From the NCBI RefSeq assembly GCF_009834535.1, contig NC_045697.1, positions 115,632,001 through 115,696,000 of the forward strand: 64,000 bases of DNA, given 5' to 3'. Position numbers and translations under genes: made by a program. Origin of the DNA: Camelus ferus (taxonomy: Eukaryota). Under the pieces are notes generated by a model. The model searched no databases. It saw only the letters and a program-made list of their open reading frames with translations, and was not told the DNA's origin. Numbering within the stretch: the first letter of the stretch is position 1; each line of letters starts with the position of its first letter. Shown here piece after piece: positions 10,701-23,428 of the stretch.

Positions 10701-13136
10701 AACACATTTTTTTCTTCATTTTGCCTTGTAATGACAGGAAATCCATTTAATAGATGATAACATTGAGAACAGATAAATTAAATGACTGATTCAAGATCTC
10801 AGTGCTGTTTAGAGAGGAAGGCTGAATGACAACCCAGGGGTTCTTTCTCTGAAAGCTCCTCTTTTTCTTCCAAACCAGAGCCCAGTAGCTGCAGGCTGGA
10901 GTGGCAATGATTCTACAAACTGCTTTGGGAACTACATTTTCCCTGAAATGAACAGAATCATTTACTTTTATAAATGAACAACATTTTGAAAGGGCTAGCG
11001 TTTAAACTACACCAAAAGGCACACCTTGAAATAAGAAATCTAGATACTGTAATTGCTTGAGTAATACTGAAACAATTTCACTGAATCTGGATAGAGAATA
11101 TCAAGATAGAAAAACAGGAATGTGCATTTTGAAATAACCATTTACAGGGGCAACTCATCAAGAAAAAAAAATGGTCTAATTTGTTCCAGTTTTACAAAAG
11201 TACAGCTATTGTAACTTTAAAAAAAGAGAGAGCGGTGCCCCCACTGCTTGCATCTGGTTACTTTGGCAGCAGCTGCTGTCCGGAGGCTCTGAAGGGAGAG
11301 GATTCGTAGGACCATGTCCCATGCCATGATCTCCTCCTTACTCACTTACGCAAATTACCTCCAGAAGGGATCTGATTAAGTCCTCAAGGTCTTAAGTGTG
11401 TATCAGTGCCAGGGATGTGCTTAGAGTTACTCGGCTTATGGGAGGACCCTGACCACCTCTGGCCCCACTGGAGGAGGGCCCCAAGCAGTAAATAGGGAAC
11501 TCCCTCCTTAGCTCTTTCTGAGCCCCTCTGTTGTATACCTAAACTGACCTCATTGGGCAGGTTTAGCCACCATCAGGGGCTAAAGAGAAGACCAAAGATT
11601 CCCCTCAGCACCAAAAACACATATAATTTCTCTAGAGTCGTCCAAGGATGCCCCACAGCTCCTGCCGGCACTTCCCAAGACCCGCCAGCAAAATGCCCAT
11701 GGAGCCCTCAAACTCTTGCAAACACACCACAAGCAACCCTCCAGAATCCCCCCCATGGACTCCTCCAGCGCCTCACAAAGGTGCCCACTGGGAAAGTCAG
11801 ATTTTGGGCTCTTCCAGAATGGCCTTTATGCTTAATCGGCTCATAAAACCAACTCATCAGAAGATCTAGGTGATCTGGAGAGAGCTGAGCTGCAGGTGTG
11901 AGAGTAGCCGATGAAAGACAATGAGCCAAAATCAAAGTATCCCTGAAGCCTTTAATCACATGTTGCGATATAACCAGAGAAAGCGCTGTTCCATTTTCCC
12001 CCAGGAGATAACACATCAGTCAAGGGTCAAGTGGATCAGCACAGAAGTAGGGACTGTCTCTCTGTTGAGGAGTCAACAAAAGATTCCTGCAGTTTTGTGG
12101 ACCCAGAGGCAGGAGGGAAGGGGGCAGGGGAAAGGCAAGTATGGAAAAGTACTGGTTACTGAGTAAGAGTAAAGCATCTTCAAGTTTCTCCAAAAAGGAG
12201 AGGTCTCGGGAGAAGAAGGCACAAGGAAGAAGAGCGTGGCCAGTGGGGGCCCTGAGTCCTTGGTGCACTGGTTGAGCACTAAGTCTGGTGTGGGGAGGGC
12301 AGCTTCCCCTCTGAGCCTGCCAGATTGGGATGGAAAAATCACACGTAGGTTTTCTGGTCAGTAATGTGACTCTTCAATATGGTTGGCTAAGAAATTGAAC
12401 TTACATTCTGTAGGTACTAGGAGATCAAAGGTTTTCAAGATGGGACATATCATGGGCTGTTTGATTTTGTCTTTTTTTTAACTGTATTATAATATTTAAT
12501 TGTCTAGTTTTTTTTTTAATTGTACTATAGTCAGTTTACAATGCCATCTTGATTTCTTGTGTACCACATATGATTTTGTCTTTCTTAATTGGAATGATGG
12601 AACATAAGATGACATGGAGAAAAACAGGCAAAAGAAGAACTTTGCAATGATCCAAACAAATTTGATTCTGAACGATGACTGGGATGCAAGGGTATAGAGA
12701 AGTATTTAGGTAAACAACTGAGGAACAAATTCAGTAAGAATTGTTGAATAATTGGATATGGAAGATAAAAAAGAGTGAATAAATAATTGTCAGTAGCAAA
12801 ATCTCAGCTTAGCACGTAGGGCACTGGGACTCTAGATAAAGTGGGGAATGTAAGGAGACCAACAAGTTGAGAGAAAAATGTATAATTAGGTAGAAGTTAG
12901 TCTAAAGATTTCTAGTTATTTTGACCACAAGCTAAATACTCTATGGTCTAGAGTTTTAATGAGAGTTGCAACATATAAATGACCTGGAATTAGCATAAAG
13001 ATGTTCACTGATTATGCCATTTATCCACATATCTGAGTAAAAAATAATTGTGTGCCATTCTTTTCTGAATATTTAGCAAAATCTGATTTTCAGCTTGAGT
13101 TTTACAAAGAGTCGCATAATTCTTTATTTTTGCTAT

Positions 13137-13667
13137 CGTTGGGGCTCAGGGCAGGCAGCCCCAGATATGCCCCCAAATCATACTGATGATTTTGAATTAA
13201 CATTACATAAGAAATGGCCAGTAGAAGAGGGACACTCTGTCCTCCTTTGTGCCTTCTCGAAAGCAGGAAGCAAATCTCCCTGTAAAAGGTGCATTCTCTG
13301 CATCTGGAGGGAGCAAGATACTCTCAGCACCAGAGGTAGTGAATTTAGGTGGAGAAGCCTAAAAAAATAATATATTTCTTTTTAAATTTACTACCCCATG
13401 CCCAAACTCTGTTTAGATCCTTTACCACTTAGAAAACCTAACTTTCTTGGTCCTGCCAATTCCTCACAAATATCTTGTTTCTGCGTCTAAAAAGTATAAA
13501 AGCTGCCTGCTTTGGCCACTTCTTAGGTCCCATTTCTACGAGACCCCCGTGAGCATGAATTAAAATTTGTTCTGTTTCCTCCCATGAATCTCTTTTGTGT
13601 CAACTGTATTCTTATTTCAGCCACAAGAACTCGAGAGGGTAACAGGGGACATTTCCTTCTCCCCACA
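13137..13667 (+). mobile_element. Solo ERV1 LTR, MER34/MER39-like (531 bp)
   Basis: (T>C)GTTGGGGCTCAG start, ...CCCCACA end, TATAAAA at ~13495, perfect 4-bp TSD CTAT (13133-13136 / 13668-13671). Confidence 0.88.
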
Positions 13668-16600
13668 CTATGTTCACAACAACCATTTTAAAGAGAATGG
13701 CCATCTAAATATGAAACGGCTGCAGACAAGAATTGTGAATTATTATTATAGATATAAACAGATTTACTGTTCAGTTGGTGAAAAAATATATAGATGCTAG
13801 ATGTATACTCAGATGTATACACGGACGGACGGTATAATGTGTGTTTATACACACACACTACACGCTGAGTTCAGTACACTTTGCACGGCGTCAACCCAGA
13901 CACTTAACAACCACGTAAAATTGATTCAAGAAAAAACTAAAGGGGGAGGAGAATTGTTTCAGTAATTTACTTACATTCTTACATTACTTTTCTCTAACGG
14001 TAACTTCACTTTCCAGAATTAGTCAGTTACTCTGAGCATCCAGAGATGTCTTACTTCGGTGGCCTGATTCTGAGCTTATAAATATATACCCTTCCTCCAA
14101 ATGCCGAGGTTTTCTTTGCTTCTTGCTTGGCTCAAACTCATCAAAGTTTTACTTTTAACAATTATAATTTTTTTTAAAAAACTGAACAATATCTGTCTTA
14201 ACTTGTTCAATTTCCCTCTTTCTTGGTCATCAGTTTTTCTGTAAACTGCTCTTTTGTCTTGTGGCATTGTCAGTCTTGTTGACCTTGGAACTTAAACCTG
14301 CCAGAACTTGTATTTAGTGTTGTGTGTTACCCGAGGGCAGAGATGTGGCCTTTATTTATTCTGTATTTCCAAAAGCTGCGTCAAAAAAAATTGTGAATGA
14401 ATGAATGGAGTATCAACAAATGGAAGATAAACCAGTAGTCTTAAATTCTTGCTTCAAGATACCTCTTCCTTATTTTAAAAGCTGAATTATTTTTGCTAAA
14501 ATAAAATCTAGGTACTGCCCTCTTGCATTTAGTAACTTGATCATCTTTCTGGAGGACGGAATCCAAAAATGATTCCTTAATTCTAAAATTAATCTACAGA
14601 TATTAGATTTAGGTTAAACTATATCTGAAAAGTGTTACCGAGTAAAAATAAATTTAAAAATAAGAATTACTTTAATTAAAAAAAAAAGAAAGAGAAATGA
14701 AAGATATGATAACTATATTTTTAAGAGTGAATAGACTTGGGATAAACTGAGATGAGCAGTTGCTTCCCTTTTCTGAAAGACATTTCATTCTTACATCCCA
14801 AGCATTAAAACTGTAACACACTGAGACTGATTCTGCCTGAACAAAACAAAACGGTATAAATAGTCCCCCTGCCAAAAAATGTTTAAATTTTTGTTTCACC
14901 TTCACATTTATGAATATTCCTATAAAATAGATTCTCAGCCTTTGAGTGTATTGATGTTTAATTTACCTTAGAAACTTATATATAAATGTTCAAACAGTAA
15001 GAGAAAGAGAGGGCTTGGGGGATTTTAAAGCGTGGTCCTATAGGCTTAACCTTCCAATGGAGGAGAAGATGAAGCTTGCTTCCTACAGCATTTCATGGTA
15101 GTTAACCATAAAATAAAATTGACAGTTTGCCAACAGTATAGAAATCCTATACAAATATTGATCATGGTGTTCATCCCCCAGTCATGTCTCTTGATAGCAG
15201 TATTTCTGAGCTTTCCATGGTTTAAGCTCTGTTTGGGAATGTCAGCTTGGGCTGGGAGACACTTAGAGAACAGCCTGACATAGAAATCCAATGCTTAATG
15301 AGGCTACTCAGAAAGCAACAAATCACAAGGCGTTCATTAGGGCACCAAATATGTAACCATCAATTCCTCACCTGATATGGTTTTGAACAATTTCCTGGGA
15401 TGGATAAGGCAATAAAAGGCTCTGGGTGATGTGTTCTTAATCCAAGTTTCCCATGTGAGAGGAAAATGACCCCATTTATCATCTGGTCTGCTTGTCACCC
15501 CCTTAGTATGTCCTGTATCGGACATTCTTAGCCCCCTACAAGCAGCCAGTGTTGAACTCTGCCATGATGAATGGCTCGCCCTAGACCCCTCAAGCTTTCC
15601 CTTCTTGGATCAGAGTCATATGCATGGTTCCTGCTAAAAGGAGTTCAATTAATTTATTGAGAGGGGGGAAAAAAACTATCAGTCAGTTTGGGGGAAAAAA
15701 ATCAATTCACCAAGAATTTTAAGCATCTTTTAAGGGCTGATCTTGGTGCAAGGCCACGCTGAGGGAGAAAAATTAAAGTTTTAGACACAACCCCTGCCCT
15801 GCAGGAGCTTATAATGGAGGAGAAGCAGAAAATAAAAAAACATGTGCTAAATTGTGTGACTTGTACATAAGAATTAAGTAAATGTGAGAAGAATAATAGT
15901 AAAACCACTAGACAAATAGTCCCCAGGACAGCAGGATTCCCTGTGATTCCACCTCCTTTCGGTTCCCCTAGATTCTGTGCTATACAGCATCTTAACATGT
16001 TCGTTTTAGGAAATGTCTAGAGATTTCACATCTACTTACTGCTCTTATTATTTCTTATATCCTAAAATCTGAGCACCTTGAAACCTAAAAGATTTACATT
16101 TTGTTTCATTCCGCTTTGACAGATTGTGCTTTTAGACTTCAGATTTTTTTTTCTTTGAAAGCTTTAATTTCGATGTTTTGAATAAACAGTAGGTTTTTAA
16201 TTAACAAACATGGAAGCACCTTTAGAGCAACACCCAAGGAGACGAAGGGGCTGAACATGTGTTCAGCTACCTGGAGATGAAACGTATTAACAGAGAGCAG
16301 AGACTAATGAAAAATACCGTCTGATCTAACGCAGGCTAGACTGGATTCAAATTGGTTGAAGACATATGACACTCATTCCAAATAGTGAAAAAAAATTCAG
16401 TCCACAAAGAGAAAATGCCTGTGGGGCCTTACAACCTGGGTTTCTAGAGCTTAAAAGGAAGTGTAACTCAAACAAGATTGATAATACAGCTTCATCCATG
16501 CAACTCTCACAGAGACGTGTTTGTAAAGGCGGGCAGAGACACTGCCTCTCCGGACACTTTTTCAGGATCACACAGATGCAGTGACAAAAGTATGAAAACT

Positions 16601-16850
16601 CAAGGCCACTACTTCAATTAGGATTTGATATCTAATTTAGAAACTCTGAAATGTCAAAAGGTGTTCCTGGGACTGAGCCAAAGGGGTGGGTACTTTACTA
16701 ATTTAGCTGGTGAGCCTTTGTGTGTGTGTCTGTGTATGTGTGTGTCTGTATGTATCAACTTTTAATCATTCTGAAACTGCATTCATAATAATCCAACAAT
16801 GAAATTTCATTCTTTTATTGAAGTATAGTTGATGTATAATGTTGTGTTAG

Positions 16851-16943
16851 TTTTTTTTTTTTAATTCTTTTTTAATATATCTTTGAGGGGGTAATTAGGT
16901 TTATATATTTTAATGGGGGTACTGGGGATTGAACCTAGGGCCT
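16851..16943 (-). mobile_element. Vic-1-type SINE, 5'-truncated
   Basis: Poly-T, GGGGGTAATTAGGTTTAT, GTACTGGGGATTGAACCTAGGGCC: reverse complement of the 2701 SINE 3' half; abuts a 45-bp L1 3' end (~16806-16850). Confidence 0.85.
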
Positions 16944-16948
16944 TATTT

Positions 16949-17016
16949 GTAGAGTACATGCTTAACATGCACAGGGTCCTGTGTTCAATTCCCAGTACCT
17001 CCAATTAAAAACAAAA
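16949..17016 (+). mobile_element. Vic-1-type SINE, 5'-truncated
   Basis: GTAGAGTACATGCTTAACATGCACAGGGTCCTGTGTTCAATTCCCAGTACCTCC plus A tail. Confidence 0.85.
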
Positions 17017-17779
17017 GAAGGCTTTTGCTCAAAATATCATCTTTTCAGAGAGCTATCTCCTTCTAACCCTATACAAAATAGCCACCACCTTGTCCCATCA
17101 ACCTCTATCTTTTGTCCTGCTTTTATCATCCTTCCTGGCATTTTTTTCCATTTGACATATTTATGTGGTGGAATTTTAAGGAGTTCGAAATATAATACCC
17201 AATCCTTATCCACCCATGTTTAGATCAAGTTGAAAGCTAAAACACATAGAAAAAGAAGATAAATTTCAAAATGTGAGCTTCAGTGCTGATAAAGCCAATA
17301 CTGGGGACCTCTGCACCCCTAGCACCCCACGGGCCAGTTTGGTGGGATCTGTTGTGTCACTGACCTGCCCCTGAAAGCTGCTGCACAGGGTTCTGCTCCC
17401 AACAAGAAAGAGAAAATCTCCACTGCAGAGAGAGAGGCCAGGAGATTCCCATGGGCTTCAGTTCATCCACAGAAATACAGGAACAAGGAAAGGGAGGTTA
17501 CCACCTCCCAAAGTATTTGTATTTGACTGCTTGTTTAAAATGTAAGCTCCGTTTGGAAAGACTCCATCCATTTTGTGAACAAATTAATCCCTGGTGTCTT
17601 AAACGGGGTCTGGCATTTGTCAGGTGTTTGATAAATCTTAGTTGAATTAATACATTAACTGGAGAGATTTAAATTCATTTCAACCAAGGGGCAGTGAAGA
17701 CCTCAGACGACACCAGGAAAATATGAATTTGAATTATTTAGGGAACATTCAGGAGGGTCTGTCAACATGGTGATGGGCT

Positions 17780-18166
17780 ACCCAGATCCTTCCTCAGCCC
17801 CTCAGGGGGACAGTAGCTCCCTCGCAGCAGAGAGTGCAGTCAGCCCACAGCCTGTGGCCGTTGGTTACATCAGGAAGACTAGACATCCAGACAACCAGAA
17901 CCACACTTTTCCCAATGTGGCTCACATCTAGTGACCGAGCAAAGTCTAAGAACCTGGCCATTCTGAGCCAGCGCAGGTCTCCTCCCATGGGCTGTGATTC
18001 TGGGGAGCATCCTGTCAGACGTGGCTGAGATTCTGTGGTCCAACATCTCTCCCTGTCCTAAGCTTCTTCCTGTCCCTTCCTTTTTATAGATAAGAATGCT
18101 TAATAATAATTTTACACATCATATTCTGCTCTCTGCATCTGCTGCTGGCGAATGCAACCTGTGACA
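17780..18166 (+). mobile_element. Old ERVL-type LTR (LTR40/41/50-like)
   Basis: U5-like end ...CTCTGCATCTGCTGCTGGCGAATGCAACCTGTGACA; 5' boundary approximate. Confidence 0.55.
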
Positions 18167-19489
18167 GTGGCATTATTCTACGGAGAAATAGGCACTTAAA
18201 CGTGGACCTTGAGGAGAGACGTCTCAGTGTGGAGATACCAACTTGGGAGTGATCACCATACATGGACACTGAAACCCTAAGAATTGGTGGTTCCTCTAGA
18301 GGAGAACGAACAGCAGGGAGTAAGACCAGAAATAAGAAATAGCAGGAGAGAATCTGAGGGAATATCAACATCTAAGTATGGAAGGAGAATCCATAATGTA
18401 ACACACCAATTCAGGATAATAGGATGGGAAAATATACACCATATTTGGCATTTAAATGGCATTGGTACCCTTGATGAGGTTGGAAGATTTCAATTACTGT
18501 GTTGTGAATTGGGTGAACAGGCAAAGGGGACAGTTAAGGATAACCTCTACCCTCAAGAACTTTGGAGGATGGAAGAGACAGTTGCTACGATGGGAAGAAA
18601 CAGGTAACAGGAGTGCTGGAGAGAAGAGAAGAAAGATACTAACAAAAGGCAAATGTGTCAGGGAGCAGAGATAGAGGCTGAGATTAAAAACAGACACAGG
18701 AAAGAAAGTGACAGTCACTGCCAGAAGTGACATGCAAGAGAAGAGCAGAATGCCGGCTGTGAGAATTCAGGAAAAAAAAAAAAAAAAAACAACACAAAAA
18801 ACACAAAAAACAAAGCAATTCTGCAGAGTAGGCATGGTCAGTTACAACTTATAGGAAGAACCCCCTTAGGAAACATGCACTGTTCCATCTTATGAAACAT
18901 ACCTAAGAGAGACTTTTTTTCTCAAATGGAAAAAATACCCAAGAAGCTATTCAAATAGGGCATCATCAAACCATGGAAACCTTAATAGGTTACTGCCCTA
19001 CTGGTGCAGACACGAAGTCTGACAGGTGATATTTTGTGGCGAGCTCAAAGTGCGCTGGAAAAGACATCTGTGCATCACCTCTCGATGTCAGCATAAGCAT
19101 TTGCCTCTTGATTTTTATCTTTCCCTTTTCTTCTTTTTATCTTCTGTCTCCAGAATTTGTTTTATTTTTAGATTTTGTTGTGTTTCAAAAAGGAGTAGTA
19201 CACAGTTGAAACTTTTAATGTCTGGAGAACATTTTAACTTAGCATCTTAAGCTGATCACATCACATCATTAAAATGTGTAACACTTTAAAATGACTAGTT
19301 TCTTTAGGTGTGGAAATGTGAGCCAAGTATAGTTAAAATGTTGTGTATCACCAGATGTGTGATTAGTTTAATTGCGGAAAGAAGAGGAGAGATATATTTT
19401 ACATTCTTGAGGTGATTTGGTATTTTTTCAGTCCCCAGAGTTGTAGAAAAATACAAAACTATGTTTTTCTCTAAAAATTAGATTTTGGT

Positions 19490-19693
19490 AACCAGGACCC
19501 TGCACTATTGTCTCTTGATTATTCCTCTCTCATTTCTGCATTCCCTCCCTTCCCTGATTAGCAACTATTTGAATCTGCCCTTTGGAACTCAGGGAAAGTC
19601 AAGGAGGCTGAATGAAGCCTATTTCCTGCAAAAGAGAAATGGGGAACACAGCTTTGTATCAGGGAGCACCCCCCAAGATTCTGTTTGGTGTCA
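19490..19693 (-). mobile_element. ERV1 LTR fragment (U3 end), related to the 32303-32919 LTR
   Basis: TTTCTGCATT...CTGATTA...CTTTGGAACTCAGGGAAAG..AGGAGGCT shared with 32770-32840. Confidence 0.75.
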
Positions 19694-20012
19694 ACTCCAA
19701 CAAGACTGCATAGAGACAATGCTAAATGCAATGGAAAATCAGCTATATCTTCCCTGAGTTGTCAAAAATAGCTAAGATGGTTCTTTTATTTGGTGCAGAA
19801 AGATAGACACCTGATTAAAATAGATGTTCCTAACGAGCTTCAGATGAGCTGCCCGTTGAAGCACAAGATCCTATTATAACATATTATATACTATTTGGAT
19901 ATGATGTGAATTTTCTTGAGTGAAGGGCAATGAAAATATAATGACAGCTGACATTGTGAAAATACCTAATTTCTTAACTGTATATTAAATAACAAGATGC
20001 TGTCAATGCATT

Positions 20013-20405
20013 TGTTAGGTAGTTTAGATAGAAATGAGCACTGAGCAGGGGGGAGAGGAAGAGGGAAGGAACAATCCAGAACACAAGGAAACTGACCTGT
20101 CAATCAACCAGAGCACAGGGAAACTGAGTTGTCAATCAGTCAATCAATCAATCAATCAATTAATTAATCAATCAATCATGAAACCAGGCTATAAAAACAG
20201 GGAAAAAGGAATGGCGCCATTTTCCCTCTCTTGGATTGGCCCACTCCCAATTCTCAGGAGTGTACTATATTTCACTATATTTTTTTACTTCACTAATAAA
20301 AATCTTGCTTATGTCATGCTTTTGGTCTCTCATCAAAAATCTTTTTTTTTTTTTTGGGGGTCACTAAGAACCAAGGTAATTCTTATTTTCCTTTTCCCAG
20401 TAACA
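20013..20405 (+). mobile_element. 5' LTR (393 bp)
   Basis: TGTTAGG...CCCAGTAACA; TATAAAA at ~20190; AATAAA at ~20295. Confidence 0.95.
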
Positions 20406-20412
20406 TTAATTT

Positions 20413-20430
20413 TGGTGCCGTGACACGGAT
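20413..20430 (+). other. Primer-binding site, tRNA-His
   Basis: TGGTGCCGTGACACGGAT, 17/18 match to the complement of the tRNA-His 3' end (TGGTGCCGTGACTCGGAT). Confidence 0.92.
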
Positions 20431-20658
20431 GGTGTACTTAAACCCAATCTTTCCTCCCTCATTTCCCTCTCCCTCCCTGAGGCCAGCCAGCGGAGCACAA
20501 GCTCCTGGGGCTGGTTGTGGCAGCTGAGCTGAGAATACAAGGCGTGGTAGGGTGACCAGCCACCGGCTAAACTGAAGATCATTCCAATCAGACCACGGAG
20601 ACACCCAGCACACGGTAAGACTGTGGCCGTTCCCCCCCCCCCCCCCCCCGTTCTGGAG

Positions 20659-20818
20659 TGGAGGCTGAGACGTCAGCTTCCATCCCCGAATCAGGACCCT
20701 AGGACGCTAGGCACTGCTGATCCACGGCTACCCTCTACGATGCATTTGGTTGTGGACGGAGGCTGAGACGTCAGCCTAGTCCATGGGCTTTTCACCTCAG
20801 GACGCTAAGCTCTGAAAA
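20659..20818 (+). other. Packaging-signal (Psi) region with four GACG-tetraloop hairpins
   Basis: GACG loops at 20669, 20703, 20767 and 20801, each closed by a complementary stem. Confidence 0.8.
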
Positions 20819-20847
20819 TCCCCCTGTATCCTCCCTTTGTTTTTCAG

Positions 20848-21620
20848 GTGGGAAACCAAGAGTCTGTCCCTGCTGGGACTCCTTTGGGCTGCATGTTGGC
20901 CAACTGGGACCATTTTAATCTACAAGCCCTCAAAAGAAAACACTTATATTCCTTTGTAATATTGCTTGGCTACAATATCGACTTCCCTGCCAGGAAGCAT
21001 GGCCTATAAACGGGAGCATAAACTCAAACATCTTGTTCCAGTTTGATCTCTTCTGTAAGAGACTTGGTAAATGGTCTAAAATACCATACACTCATATATT
21101 TTACTTACTGAGGGACATCAATGATCTCCTAGAAGGATGTAAGTTAACTGCTCAGGTAACAGTTACATCTAATAACCTACAGTCCCCGACACCCCCTAGA
21201 GAGGGGGACTGTCCTAAACCTACACCTTGCTCTGCCCTCCCTACCATAAACCCCTCATTTCCCTCTTACTCAGGAAAGACACTGCCTTCAGGTAACTCTT
21301 GATGAAATGCTAAACATTGCTGCCACAGTTTTTTTGTAATCGAGGTCAAGGGCAAGAGGCCAAGGCTCAGGAGAAGGAAAGAAGGAAGGAGGCCAGGACT
21401 GCCCAGATGATTGCAGACCTTCAAGGGCAGCCACTGTCCTTATGTACCCGGCCCCCAACAGCTCGAGGTAAGTCCAATGACAAGTGCAACATCTGCTGCT
21501 GACCTGGTCATTGGGCTAAGAAATGTCCCCATAAAGACAAACTTCCAAGATCTGTCTACTTTTAGTGTAACAAGCAAGGTCATTGGGTGGCCCTCTGTCC
21601 CTCGAGCCAAATGGCCCATG
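20848..21620 (+). pseudogene. gag: Defective gag (matrix, end of capsid and nucleocapsid; most of capsid deleted)
   Basis: (M>V)GNQESVPAGTPLGCMLANWDHF...AWLQY...WPINGS...FDLFCKRLGKWSKIPY matrix; knuckles CNICC*PGHWAKKC (21485-21526) and YF*CNKQGHWVALC (21557-21598); frameshifts and stops. Confidence 0.9.
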
Positions 21621-21649
21621 GGGGAGAACTGGCCTGTGACCTGCAGATG

Positions 21650-21890
21650 GTTGCCCCTCCAGTCAGCCCCAAAGCAAGAGATCTTCATCACTGGGCTGGA
21701 GCTGTGGGGACAAATGGGTGTGGCAAGTAGGATAATAACTTTTCTTTTGGATACCAGGGCCACCTACTCTGCTCTACCTTCCTTCTCTGGACCCTTCTCT
21801 TCTAGATTCTGTACTGTCATGGGAGTCACAGGTAAATCAGCCTTAAGATTCTTTACTCATCCCCTTTGTTGTTAATGGGATGAATGCTCA
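21650..21890 (+). pseudogene. pro: Defective retroviral protease
   Basis: FLLDTRATYSAL (DTGA motif mutated, 21750-21761), VMGVTG flap; C-terminus deleted. Confidence 0.9.
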
Positions 21891-21892
21891 TT

Positions 21893-22786
21893 TATGAAGA
21901 TGACCTACTTATCTGCTCCCTTACTTGAGAACAGGCCATCCAACAAGCTACCCAAACTCTTAATTTCTTGGCCGAGTGGAGATACAGTTTCCAGGTCCAA
22001 GGCCAAAATGGTCAAACAAGAGGTCACTTATCTAGGAGTTGTTCTGACTCCTGGAAATTGTAGCCTTTCTCCTGAAGGAATTCAGGGAATCTTACAACTC
22101 CCTAATCCCAGTACTTGAAAACAGCTCAGGGCATTTCTCGGACCAACAGGTTACTGTTGGCTTTGGACCCCTAAATGTGGGTCTATAGCCCAACCTCTAT
22201 ATGACAGTTTAAAGGGTAAGGATGACTCAGTACTTCTCCAGTGGGGTCCTTCCCAAAGGGTTGCAATGGAAGAATTAAAAAATCTCCTCGTAAGATCCCC
22301 GGCCTTGGGGCTTCCACACCCCACAAGGCCCTTCCAGTTCTATGTTCATGACAGAGGAGGAATAGCCTTGCAGGTCCTCACCCAATGGCTGGGTCCTACC
22401 CAACAGCCTACAGGATACCTCTCCAGGTGGCTAGATGCCACTGCTCGAGGCTGGCCTTCCTGCCTAAAGGGGTTGGGGGCCCTCTCCACTCTCCTGGAGG
22501 AAGCTTTCAAGCTAACTCTGGTGGCCCCTATACAAGCATACGCTAACCACCACGTTTCTGATCTTTTAAAAGGCAAGGGACGTTCCTGGCTCTCAGAACC
22601 TTGAAAACCTAGGTGTCACTGTCTCCATTTGTGGGACACTCAATCCTGCTACACTGTTACCATCACCAGACCAGTCTCTTCCTTTCCACCTGTGTCATGA
22701 GACCCTATCCATTTCTCTAAGATCTAGAACAGATCTCACCGACCAACCCCTGGAAAACTGATGAGATCTGGTTCACTGACAGGAGC
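21893..22786 (+). pseudogene. pol: Defective pol (RT from YxDD to the start of RNase H)
   Basis: YEDDLL, VTYLG, QLRAFLGPTGYC, SPALGLP, GWPSCL, LNPATLLP, WFTDRS; RT N-terminal half and integrase absent. Confidence 0.92.
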
Positions 22787-23103
22787 CACATATTCTTGTG
22801 AACCTCTTAGCAATCTGTGACTGCTTTTCAAGTGACACTCTGGTGAGACTGTCCCATTGCCCCAGGGGACTATGGATCCCTGTCAGATAAGCCTTTTTCT
22901 TAAATGTCTGTAGTTTCTAATCTTTTCTCTGTGAGGCCTCCCACCAAACTGTTTTAATACTAATTTAAAATGTCTCTGACATTAGGGTCCTTCTTTCACT
23001 GTTCCTTTAGTTCACTGAACTAACACTCCAACATCTGTCCTCCTAATCCTAAACCAATAGAAAACACAAAAATCAATTTTTTTAAGACAATTTTTCCATT
23101 TAA

Positions 23104-23250
23104 GTAGGTATGACCCTTGTTTGCCCCTTTCATTGCTTGGCTAGGATTATCTCTATATATTTGACCTCTATCTTTCAACCTTCTCATAAAATGTGTTTCT
23201 TCTTGTCTAGAGTCAAACTTCAAGTTGCCATACAACAAGGTAATCAATCA
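23104..23250 (+). pseudogene. env: env TM membrane-anchor / cytoplasmic-tail remnant
   Basis: FNLLIKCVSSCLE then VKLQ, resembling class I Env tails (FNLLVxFVSSRIEAVKLQ). Confidence 0.65.
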
Positions 23251-23428
23251 TTCAGCAAAGACAGCTTTTATACTAGCCCCTCGATGGACACTGGCCCTTC
23301 ACTCACCACCTGCCCAGTAATGGCCAGATAGTCTGGGACCCCAATGCCCCAGATTAGCAGGAAGCAGCTAGAGTGGTCATCACCCTCTACGTCCCAAAGA
23401 TTTGGGATCCTATGACTAGAGGAGGGAA

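Noticed and set aside
11553..12342. Cluster of overlapping Pro/Ser-rich ORFs
   Set aside because: Explained by locally higher GC content; no recognisable protein or consistent splice signals
20140..20177. DUX4/DUXC binding sites in the ERV U3
   Set aside because: TAATCAATCA is one base shorter than the 11-bp TAAYYBAATCA motif; PBX-type motifs fit better
22790..23400. Co-opted env (syncytin-like) gene
   Set aside because: Only a short, frameshifted TM tail remains; no SU, fusion peptide or long ORF
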